Shown here: positions 10,744 to 23,200 of the stretch, piece after piece
Layout of the letters: every line of letters begins with the position of its first letter
How positions within the stretch are numbered: the first letter of the stretch is position 1
Origin: Antedon mediterranea
Taxonomy: Eukaryota > Animalia > Echinodermata
Length of the DNA: 64,000 bases
Direction: 5' to 3'
Assembly (NCBI RefSeq): GCF_964355755.1
Contig: NC_092673.1
Coordinates: 16,861,648-16,925,647 of the forward strand
Notes under the pieces: model-generated
The model's input: only the letters and a program-made list of their open reading frames with translations
The model's database searches: none
Told to the model about the DNA's origin: nothing
Translations under genes and position numbers: made by a program

Positions 10744-13700
10744 TATGGCAAGCCTCAGCTGTCTGAAGTATTCAAAATATTATATTATTATATCATTTTT
10801 TTATTATATTATATATTGTATTGTAATGAATTATACGTTTTGCATTATATTACTTGGTTTTAGCATTATATTATATCTATTTCTAATATATTATGTGAAA
10901 AATGTAACAAATTATTGACTTTTTGTATTATATTATTTGGTTTTAGCATTATATTATGAACATTTAATATTATATTATTAATAAAATACATTATATTATA
11001 ATATAATTGTATTATATTAAACGCATTTACTTTACTTTATAACATACAACATTATTATATTATACGGATTCGTTAGTTATATTATTATTTTGTATGATGT
11101 TTATTATACGTCACGGCTTATTTCAGTTCTTCTAACTCTTTCTCTCCCTCCCCCTGTTCACTAGCAATCAGCGGCCGGCAGAATCTGAATTGTGTGACTG
11201 TTGAAGAATAACTACGTACTAGGCCTACTAGGGGATCTAGACAAGTGACCAAGGATCACCGGACAGCTACAACTAATACTACAATACAATAATACTACTA
11301 CAATAACTACTACTGCTACTACCTAGGCCTAGCTAGTGAGTAGTAGGTAGCTACTACTAGGCTCTAGGGCGTATGTATGATGTTAACTACCTAGGGCCTA
11401 GGCTAGGCCTAGTAGAGGCCTACTAGTACTAGGCTAGGCCTAGACTTAAGTTGTAGTAGGCTAGGGCCGGGCCTGCTGCCTTAGGCTAGGCTACTACTAC
11501 TACTACTACTACTACTAGGCAGCCCATGATGGGTACGAGTAAGCCAAAATTTTGGATATATGTAAACCAAAATTTGGGTACGAGCGTGTTGGCATGGCAT
11601 GGGTACGGGTTGACCTGTATCCTTCTAGCTAATCGTACTATGCCTAGGCCTCAATTAAGTCTACGCTACCCAGTCCGGCTACAGTATGGTCTATTTTGTT
11701 TTATAGCTTTATTGATAGCTTGGTTCAAATCTGGGTTGGGACGGCTTTTTCTCATTCTAAAACAGATTTCCTTATCATAATAAAATAATATATGAATTTA
11801 TTTGTAATATTGTAATGTATACATAATATAAGTAATTGCCATTGCCTTTATTACTATTAATTATGTATTATACGGTTACCCCTTAATTATACTATAGTAT
11901 AATTTCCTTGTTATATTTTACAATATTTTCTTCCTAATTCTACAATTTTGTCTTTCACAGCACAAATTTATCATACTGAATCATCACACACCAAGTCTCA
12001 TAAATCTCTACTGTATTTGTCCAAGCTACTCCAGCTACATGGTATTGCCTTGAGGCTAAACTACACGGTATACTGGCACTACCATCATTCCTGGCTCGTC
12101 AACCTGTACCACATAAGCACAGTTTCAGTTTCAGTTTATTTACCATTTCAATTTCTGAACATAAGAGATGAACAACTTATATGGATGGATAACCGTAAGA
12201 GCGAAGCTCGTTTACCGGTCACCCTTTAGTGCAGTGACATTACAGAAAACATAAAGACAGGACAAAGGTGCAATACTTAACAAGACATGTGAACACTTGT
12301 GTTTGCAACCCCTTGGATAAAATAATATATTTATATAAAGGAGAAAGTTAGATATTATAATATTTCTTTTTGATCATACAATGATAATTTTTAAATTACT
12401 TCTTAAGAAGTCATACTACTGATTCAAAATAGTGACTTACACCCTGTGGTCAAGGCTTTCTTTGCTCTTATGCTTATTTCCTCCAACATACAGAGTACAT
12501 AGGACTTTTTTTATTCATAACTGTTGAATTGTTTCCCAATACATAGTACCTATTGGTATTATATCTAAAAATACAAATGCGACTAACACAGATAGTTCCA
12601 TATATACAGTACTCTTTTATAAATAAATGTATCTCTCCAAACTACTCCCAACTACCTAATCTAATAATAGTACTATTAGCATACTACTATACACTTTGTA
12701 GACAAGAAATAAGTTGTATACACTACTAGAGGACTTATGGTAGTACAGTCGATCGCCCTCTCACTGGTCCGGTCAACATAATCTATACCTAGATTATTAC
12801 AGTAATTAAAGTACATTATTACAGAGTTTTTTTTTTTTTGCAGAAATCAAAGTTATGTGTATAGAAAGCAGTACTCGTATTAAAAACTAAGCAGGTTGCA
12901 GGTCTTGAACGCAAACTGACAGGATATTTTGAATATTTTTTGTTGTTGAAATGATGGAATTCTAACTTCAATTTCCACGAACTGGAGACGAAGACATATT
13001 ATGACCCTTTTATTTAAATTTATTTGAATAGACCTCCATGTAAACTCATTAAAGGCTACATGATTGTTTTATATTTTAATATGTGATAGTAGAAAATCAT
13101 TGTGTATAATGAGGACTATGAATCTGATATTTACTTGCATTCTTATCTTTTTAAAATATTATTTATAATGCCGGTAATGAGTTTAAAATTTAATTATATT
13201 GACTATTTTTTATAATCATCATGTCCTTATAAATTCATTTATACTTTTTTTGTGTAATATAGTTCATATATTATGTATTAAATAAATTGGTAAGGCCCTA
13301 TACTGTTATTTTTTAAGAAAAGTTTATATACACTATTATTTTATGCCTACCAATATTAGTATTAATTGTTTATGTAAATATTTTGTCTAATTACCTTGAT
13401 TTTTGTATAGGCCAATGGCATCAATGTTTTTCTCAAAGCAAATTAGCCTAATAATGCCACATTTAGACACATGATTCATTGATTTCTGATATTCTGTACT
13501 TGTGTATGCATTACTAAAATAGTAGTTAATATATTTCATTTATAATGTATGTAGAAACATATATTCATATTTTGTTTAACATTTTTAAATTTAAAAATTA
13601 TTACAATACCTATCTACCTTTCTGATATTGTTACTATTATATAATATTTTTTGAGGCAGCAATAAAAAAAAATTAAAAAATTTATTTGACTTATACTGCA

Positions 13701-16700
13701 CTATGTTAGTTCAGGAGATGAAGTGTGTGTGGGCAGAAACTAGTGTGTTGGAGGTTGGTGGTGTGAGGTGTATAGTTGTCACTTTAAGACCTAAATTAGA
13801 TGTTTTCTGAAGAAAAGAAGTAAGCGGATACGCTTTCAAACAACTCCAAGAAGATTCACACAAAAATAATTACTTTCCAATAAAATAGTATAACAGTGTA
13901 TATTACAGTACATTGAATAAACTCGAGCGGAATAATAACGCACATAAAAAACATTCATTTTCTTGTCGAAAAGTGCCCTCTCTAGTTTTCTATTAATTTA
14001 TTAATAATTATTATCAATTAATGAGTAATATAAACATATTTTTAACATTTAATGCTTGAAACTGTATCTACTCCTAACAAAGTTTCATATCTCCAAATTT
14101 CATCAACGTATTCAAAGCACTTAAATAAATTACATTTAACATTACAAATTCAGGTTTTGGATATAATTTTGCTTAAAAACATATACAAAAAACATCGATA
14201 AAAAATACTTTTCGTATTCAAAAACATTTGATACTTGGTATAAATGTTCAATATAGGTTGCTCCATCCATATTGCAAACAAAAAGTAACTATCAAGCCAT
14301 ATCACTGATTTTTTAAATTTACGTTTTTACAAAATGTACACTTATGAAAGACCATACAATTCCAACTCATTTTTTTCAATCTAATAACTATTTTGAAAAA
14401 ACAAACCAACAAAAAACGTTCATGAATGCAATTTATTTCTGTGAATAGAGCAACCTATAGTGAACATTTATACCAAGTATCAAATGTTTTTGAATACGAA
14501 AAGTATTTTTTATCGATGTTTTTTGTATATGTTTTTAAGCAAAATTCTATCCAAAACCCGAATTTTTATGTTAAATGTGATATTTAATATTGAAGTGCTT
14601 TGAATACGTTAATGAAATTTGGAGATATGAAACTTTGTTAGGAGTAGAACCAGCTTCCAGCATTGAATGTTAAAAATATGTTCATATTACTCATTAATTA
14701 ATAATAATTATTAATAAATTAATAGAAAACTAGAGAGGGCACTTTTCGAAAAGAAAATGAATGTTTTTTTATGTGCGTTATTATTCCGCTCGAGTTTATT
14801 CAATGTACTGTAATATACACTGTTATACTACTTTATTGGAAAGTAATTATTTTTGTGTGAATCTTCTTGGAGTTGTTTGAAAGCGTATGCGCTTACTTCT
14901 TTTCTTCAGAAAACATCTAATTTAGGTCTTAAAGTGACAACTATACACCTCACACCACCAACCTCCAACACACTAGTTTCTGCTCACACACACTTCATCT
15001 CCTGAACTAACATAGTACAGTATAAGTCAAATTAATTGTTCTAATTTTTTTTTTTATTGCTGCCTCAAAGAATATTATATAATAGTAACAATATCAGAAA
15101 GGTAGATAGGTATTGTAATAATCTTTAAATTTAAAAATGTTAAACAAAATATGAATATATGTTTATACATACATTATAAATGAAATATATTAACTACTAT
15201 TTTAGTAATGCATACACAAGTACAGAATATCAGAAATCAATGAATCATGTGTCTAAATGTGGCATTATTAGGCTAATTTGCTTTGAGAAAAACATTGATG
15301 CCATTGGCCTATACAAAAAAATTAAGGCAATTAGACAAAATATTTACATAAACAATTAATACTAATATTGGTAGGCATAAAATAATAGTGTATATAAACT
15401 TTCCTTAAATAATAACAGTATAGGGCCTTACCAATTTATTTAATACATAATATATGAACTATATTACAAAAAAAAACTATAAATGAATTTATAAGGACAT
15501 GATGATTATCAAAAATAGTCAATATAATTAAATTTTAAACTCATTACCGGCATTATAAATAATATTTTAAAAAGATAAGAATGCAAGTAAATATCAGATT
15601 CATAGTCCTCATTATACACAATGATTTTCTACTATCACATATTAAAATATAAAACAATCATGTAGCCTTTAATTACTTTCAATGGAGGTCTATTCAAATA
15701 AATTTAAATAAAAGGGTCATAATATGTCTTCGTCTCCAGTTCGTGGAAATTGAAGTTAGGATTCCATCATTTCAACAACAAAAAATATTCAAAATATCCT
15801 GTCAGTTTGCGTTCAAGACCTGCAACCTGCTTAGTTTTTAATACGAGTACTGCTTTCTATACACATAACTTTGATTTCTGCAAAAAAAAAAAAACTCTGT
15901 AATAATGTACTTTAATTACTGTAATAATCTAGGTATAGATTATGTTGACCGGACCAGTGAGAGGGCGATCGACTGTACTACCATAAGTCCTCTAGTAGTG
16001 TATACAACTTATTTCTTGTCTACAAAGTGTATAGTAGTATGCTAATAGTACTATTATAAGATTAGGTAGTTGGCAGTAGTTTGGAGAGATACATTTATTT
16101 ATAAAAGAGTACTATATGGAACTATCTGTGTTAGCCGCCTTTGTATTTTTAGATATAATACCAATAGGTACTATGTATTGGGAAACAATTCAACAGTTAT
16201 GAATAAAAAAAGTCCTATGTACTGTACTCTGTATGTTGGAGGAAATAAGCATAAGAGCAAAGAAAGCCTTGACCACAGGGTGTAAGTCACTATTTTGAAT
16301 CAGTAGTATGACTTCTTAAGAAGTAATTTAAAAATTATCATTGTATGATCAAAAAGAAATATTATAATATCTAACTTTCTCCTTTATGTAAATATATTAT
16401 TTTATCCAAGGGGTTGCAAACACAAGTGTTCACATGTCTTGTTAAGTATTGCACCTTTGTCCTGTCTATATGTTTTCTGTAATGTCACTGCACTAACGGG
16501 TGACCGGTAAACGAGCTTCGCTCTTACGGTTATCCATCCATATAAGTTGTTCATCTCTTATGTTCAGAAATTGAAATGGTAAATAAACTGAAACTGAAAC
16601 TGTGCTTATGTGGTACAGGTTGACGAGCCAGGAATGATGGTAGTGCCAGTATACCGTGTAGTTTAGCCTCAAGGCAATACCATGTAGCTGGAGTAGCTTG

Positions 16701-17204
16701 GACAAATACAGTAGAGATTTATGAGACTTGGTTTGTGATGATTCAGTATGATAAATTTGTGCTGTGAAAGACAAAATTTTAGAATTAGGAAGAAAATATT
16801 GTAAAATATAACAAGGAAATTATACTATAGTATAATTAAGGGGTAACCGTATAATACATAATTAATAGTAATAAAGGCAATGGTAATTACTTATATTATG
16901 TATACATTACAATATAACAAATAAATTCATATATTATTTTATTATAAGGAAATCTGTTTTAGAATGAGAAAAAGCCGTCCCAACACAGATTTGAACCCAG
17001 CTATCAATAAAGCTATAAAACAAAATAGACCATATTGTAGCCGGACTGGGTAGCGTAGACTTACTTGAGGCCTAGGCATATTACGATTAGCTAGAAGGAT
17101 ACAGGTCAACCCGTACCCATGCCATGCCAACACGCTCGTACCAAAATTTTGGTTTACATATTATATCCAACATTTTGGCTTACTCGTACCCATCATGGGC
17201 TGCC

Positions 17205-17237
<33 letters not shown>

Positions 17238-17990
17238 CCTAGCCTAAGGCAGCAGGCCCGGCCCTAGCCTACTACAACTTAAGTCTAGGCCTAGCCTAGT
17301 ACTAGTAGGCCTCTAGGCCTAGCCTAGGCCCTAGTAGTTAACTACGCCCTAGAGCCTAGTAGTAGCTACCTACTACTCACTAGCTAGGCTTAGGTAGTAG
17401 CAGTAGTAGTTATTGTAGTAGTATTATTGTATTGTAGTATTAGTTGTAGCTGTCCGATGATCCTTGGTCACTTGTCTAGATCCCCTAGTAGGCCTAGCCT
17501 AGGCCTAGTACGTAGTTATTCTTCAACAATCAACAGTCACACAATTCAGATTCTGCCGGCCGCTGATTGCTAGTGAACAGGGGGAGGGAGAGAAAGAGTT
17601 AGAAGAACTGAAATAAGCCGTGACGTATGATAAACATCATACAAAATAATAATATAACTAACGAATCCGTATAATATAATAATGTTGTATGTTATAAAGT
17701 AAGGTAAGTGCGTTTAATATAATACAAATATATTATAATATAATGTATTTTATTAATAATATAATATTAAATGTTCATAATATAATGCTAAAACCAAATA
17801 ATATAATACAAAAAGTCAATAATTTGTTACATTTTTCACATAATATATTAGAAATAGATAAAATATAATGCTAAAACCAAGTAATATAATGCAAAACGTA
17901 TAATTCATTACAATACAATATATAATATAATAAAAAAATGATATAATAATATAATATTTTGAATACTTCAGACAGCTGAGGCTTGCCATA
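10744..17990. mobile_element. Foldback-type element: ~3.5-kb inverted arms (10744-14263 and 14448-17990), 184-bp spacer, 6-bp TSD ATAGTT
   Basis: Arms are reverse complements along their whole length. Termini TATGGCAAGCCTCAGCTG / CAGCTGAGGCTTGCCATA. ATAGTT at 10738-10743 and 17991-17996. Confidence 0.9.
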
Positions 17991-18009
17991 ATAGTTCGAT
18001 GTGAACGCC

Positions 18010-18900
18010 ACTACTGTTTATTTTGTCTTTAAAGTGATATTTACTCTATTTTTTAGATTAGCTCTTTGATTAAACACCTCTTCCAATGCAGTGAAGATCT
18101 TAAGTGTCGCCTTACTAATCTTCCTTAACTTCTCTTTGAACGATCGTAATCAATATTTGTTGAGGTATAATATTTCCCTCTAATATGGTAATGCCTGTTT
18201 TATTGAGTCAAATGCTTTCTGATAATCTCTAAATCAAAGATTTGGTGATATTCATTTCCTTTTTATTTTAGTTGATTGACAAACTGTATAAGATGGTACT
18301 GTATAAAGCCTTATATATTGGTTTATTTACTTCTAGTCGGTCTCTGATTTTGTTTTTTGATTACTTTTGTAAATTATGTGTGTACATGTGATAATGTTCG
18401 TTTGGTCGGTAATGGTTGATGTCAGTTTTGTCATGTTTTTGTGGATTAAAGTATAATTATCATTGCTTCTCTTAATTTCTTCTGGTTTCAAAGATTTTGT
18501 TGTATAGTGTTATGAGCTGGATGTGTTATTGCCTCATCAAGCCAAGATGGTAATTTTGACTGCTCACTGGTTTGTTTTCCTTTTATATTCCACTACAGTA
18601 TGTTCTTGAAAAGAAATCAGTTTTGTAATTAATTTGTCTTTGATCCTTTTCAGATTTCTAATATTTTAAACATATGTTTTTCTTTTCTTCGCTTTTTCCT
18701 CACTGTTTAAACATTTTATTTTTTCAGCATACTTCAAGCAATTAATTGATAATTAGGTCATATGTTTTATGAGTATCAAATCACATTGGTTAATTATTCT
18801 TTTCTTTCTTTAAGATCCTGATTTTCTTTCTTTTTTTAAAATGTTATTTAAGTTTTAAGTTTATCTAATTTTTTGTTGATATTAAGTGTTGCTCTTACGG
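18010..18900 (-). pseudogene. Decayed non-LTR (RTE-like) reverse transcriptase fragment
   Basis: Minus strand reads DYQKAFDSI (~18202-18228) and GDT..KIFTA-LEE (~18077-18110); many stops and frameshifts. Boundaries approximate. Confidence 0.65.
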
Positions 18901-19058
18901 TGTAGGCCTACCATGCGATGGAATTATATATTGAAATTAAATTAAACATTAAGTTTTAAGAAAATTGTAAAAGGCTAAATAGGATATTGAATGTAGTTCT
19001 GGTCCATTAAATCTATATTTTAGGTATATTATTATAAGTATGACACACGCACGCTTAA

Positions 19059-19684
19059 AGCCCCATTCCCTACGTTTTTTAGATCTAATTTAAGATCACA
19101 AACTATATTTAATGTAAAAATAATACTATATGGTCCTATTGCAATAACTTTTTTCGTTTTTAAACGGTTAAAAATGTGAAAAATAAATCGATTCTAATAA
19201 TTATAGCGGCCCGCTATAAATCCCAAAATGCATTGCGCGCGGATTGATATTTTTGTTTTTCACCTGTAATTCGCCCACTTTTCGATCGATCGTGAAGCCA
19301 AAACAAATGGAAGACTCCTAACTTTTCAGCGAAAATACCGGGTTTTCCCCAATTTGTATCAACGGAGTCTGGCAAAAATAGAAAGACAATTAATGCAGCA
19401 ACTATACAACGTCAGGCTAGGTATATAGCTAGCGTACGATGTTCGTATGTTATCGATGTTTACCAGCTAGGCCTACAAAACTAAGCCTAGCTAGGCTAGG
19501 CCTAAGACCGTCCACGAGAGGTCGATCGCCGCGAGCTATTTAGGTAGTGCATTGTTTCTCACTTTTTATCATAATTTACCATAAAACGTACATTTAAGAC
19601 AAGGAATGACATGGTTTAATGTTTTTAAAGTGATATATATGTATTATTTTTCAAAAAACGTCCAAAATTGCAGGGAAGGGGTCT
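19059..19684. mobile_element. Non-autonomous DNA transposon with TTAA TSD (Kolobok-like)
   Basis: TTAA|AGCCCCATTCCCT ... AGGGAAGGGGTCT|TTAA; AG termini with a TTAA target. Confidence 0.7.
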
Positions 19685-20298
19685 TTAACAGTATATCCTG
19701 GTCATACCTCAAACTGGCATTTCCAGTAAAAATATGATAACATCTTCTATTAGAGCTAATATAAATGTTTACATTTTGAACATTTTGACACCAAATTGAA
19801 CTTTTTATGACATTTGGTTACAGAGATACAGACATATTTAAACATTAAAGGTCAAAGGTCAGTAAATGACATTTCCTGTGGATTTGGAAGAACATGTTTA
19901 ATTAGAGTATATATAAATATGTATGCTCTTAACAATTTGAAACAAATTTCAAGAAATTTTGACCAGTAGTTATTGAGATATAGTAAGCCGAGGTCAAAGG
20001 TCAAAACATTGAGAAATTACATTTCCGGTCGTTTTTTTGAAAAAAGTTCTATTAGAGCGAATATAAATATGTACCCTCTGATCTATTTGACATCAATATC
20101 ATTTCAATTGTCAAACCCGTTGCGGAGATATGGCTGTTTAAAATAGAAATATAAAAATTGAGGTCAGAGGTCACAGAGGTCAAATCAGATTTCCAGTAAC
20201 TTTGTTTTGGTATCTCCATATCATGTTCTATCAACATGCCAAAGGGCACACTTGTATCCACTATGGTAACATCATTTCCCCTTAGGGACTGGACTATA

Positions 20299-23200
20299 TA
20301 TCTACAACTCATCACCTTCCAGAATATGTAAGTAAAAAAAAGTTTACCTCGTAGTTTAGAATCTATGATTGTTTAAAAAAAGGCATAATTTTGACGAATT
20401 TTTGAATTATTTCTTTAAAAACACACACAAATTGTATAATTCGACGTGCTCGTATGACGTAATTTTAAGTCTAAATTGTTTTAAAATTTGATAAAAATAC
20501 TATAAAAGGCTGGAAAGACATAATTCACGCAAAAAAAGATGTTTTTAGCGCTACGTGTGGACCACGCGCGTAAAATTGTACGCGCGTGGGAATTTTTGAC
20601 ATGCTCAAAATGTCATGATCAGCGTAGAAAGTTGATTAGAAATTAATTTTGCGCATTTTAAATTTTAAATGCGCGTGCGCGTAACTTCGTTTAAAAAATG
20701 CCATTTTTAGTGCACAAAAAGTTAGCGCAAGATATAAATTAAACTTTTGCTAAGTTTCAACTTACATAGTTATATGGTTTTCAAAATAGAGGAGAAATGC
20801 GCGTGCGCGCGTAACGTCTTGTAAAACATGGCATTTTTAATCCACAAAAAGTTTGCCCTTGATATGACTTAAATTTTCAGAAAGTGTCAAAATAAAATTA
20901 TGCTTGGTTTTTAGCCTATGATCAATCATAAAAAATCATAAAATCGCACGTAAGTCACATTGCGCAACTCTGACGTCATTCAAAATAGGAGGTTCACAAC
21001 TTCACGTAAATTCCCATATGTTGACAAAGTTATGAAATGTTATGTTTACAAGTTTTTGAGATACGCGAGACACAAAAATGGAGGAGAAAGAAAGAAGAAT
21101 AATATAAAGAAAAAAAAAAGATCCAGGACGATTACAAGGAGTTATCCGCTACTAAGCGGATAACTAATAAAGAAAAAAAAAAGAAAAGATCCTTACAATA
21201 ACAAGGGCTTATCCGCTTGAGGCGGATAACCAACTAGATTTGAACTCGTCACTTTGACGAGTTCAGGTTATCCGCGCAAACGCAATATGCACATACTTAA
21301 CCATATGAACCTCGACAATTATTATGCCATCCTATGACATGAAATACATGTTTACAGTACTGAATTGTACCTATTATATAGCATACATTATATTACAGTA
21401 TTTTACAGAATAAACTGTATATGTTATATACAGTGTAGCATAGACAAAATTACGAGACCCATCTTTTAAATCCAATTATTAACACGATGACGTCATCAAA
21501 TTGACATATAAAGATAACAATTTTAGAAGATAATTATCTAATTAATTACATTAAAACAAATTTGAAAAATTTTGGCCACGTAAAAGTGAGATGCGCTCTA
21601 TTTAATGTGATGAGCAATAACGAAAGAGTAAAACATCCTATATTTTACATTCGTGTGGCCATACGATGACGTCATAACATCCGAGGGGTAAATATTCTGC
21701 ATGAATTCATATCTACAACAAATCTGCTTACATATCAAATTAAAAAAATTGGGGGTCATGGATGATCCTGAGGAGCTATAATAGATTTAAAAAAAGCATA
21801 ATTTTGACAATATTTTGTCACTTTTGCAACTAAAATGCGCGCAAATTGTCTAAATCAACGTGTTCGTATGACGTCATTTTAATTTGAAATGATGTCAATC
21901 TTTTTTAAAATGACTAGGAAAGGCTGTAAAATTATAATTCAAGAGAAAAACACACGATTTTTATGCTCCGTGCGCACCTTACGCGTAATTTTTTTCGCGC
22001 GCGTGGGAATTTTTGACATGCTCAAAATGTCATGATCAGCGTAGAAAGTTGATTAGAAATTAATTTTGCGCATTTTGAAATTTTAAATGCGCGTGCGCGC
22101 GTAACTTTTTGTGAAACATGCCATTTTTAATCCATAGAAAGTTTGCTCTTGATATGACTTAAATTTTCACCAAGCGTCAATATTAAATGACTTTTGGTTT
22201 TTAATCTATGATCAATCATTGAAATTCATAAAATTGCGCGTAACTTACGCTGCGCGACTCTAAAGTAAAAAAACGAAATGTCCTGCACTTCTACAGTTAA
22301 AGGTCAATCTTCTGACAAAATTATACGATGTAATGTTGATAAGAATTTGAGATACACGTGACACAAAATTCTGGGAAAGAAAGAAGAACTAGACATGAAA
22401 CTCGTCACTTTGACGAGTTAGTTATCCGCACGACAAACGCCACGTGCACGTCATACGTTGGGATATTGGACACAGAAAAAGATTATGGCATTATGACCTG
22501 AACTGAAGAATATGATATGTTGTTATTACTGAATTCTGTTATTTTGTGTCATATAGTATACACAGTACAATCTGTATACATATCACATACAGTGTAGAAT
22601 AGATGAAATTGCGGGACCTGCTATTTATTCCAATTTTTAAAATGTTGACGGTTTCAAAATGAAACGTGAATGTAGCAATTTCGGAAGGAAATTATCTCAG
22701 CAGAAACATATTAACGTGTAGAAGAAATTTGAATACGTGAAATATTAATGCGCGCTCTTTTAAATGTAATGAACTATAACGCAAAAGATGAAAATATGAC
22801 TTTGTTTATTTAACTGGCCATATGTTGACGTCACAACATCTGATTGGCAAAAAGTTCACATGATTTTGTATCTACAATACAATAGCTTCCTGAAAACGTT
22901 TTAATCGTGATTATCACATTTTATTCTTACGAGCTATAACAGATTAAAATTTACTGTAAAGATGAAATTAATGACCAACGTAATTTAAATTTTTAGGCAT
23001 GATGACGTTAAAAAAATTAAAAAAATTTTAATTCATGCAAAAGATAGTTGATTGACCAAGATTATATTAAAATCGGGGTGAAAATGGACAACGAATAAGT
23101 GGAGATGTGCTCTATTAAATGTGATGAGCAATAACGAAAGAGACAAAAATCCTATATTTTACATTCGTGTGGCCATACGATGACGTCACAATGTCCGGTT

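Noticed and set aside
6248-12333. One element bounded by 6248-7767 and 10744-12333 as TIRs
   Set aside because: The termini face each other across 7768-10743, and the TSD pairs 10744 with 17990, so these are two separate copies.
6764-17133. Repeated MMGTSKPKF... ORFs
   Set aside because: Copies within the foldback arms; disrupted in one arm; no motif.
10744-17990. Polinton/Maverick assignment
   Set aside because: The 6-bp TSD fits, but the termini are not AG-type and there is no integrase, polB or capsid coding sequence; left unclassified.
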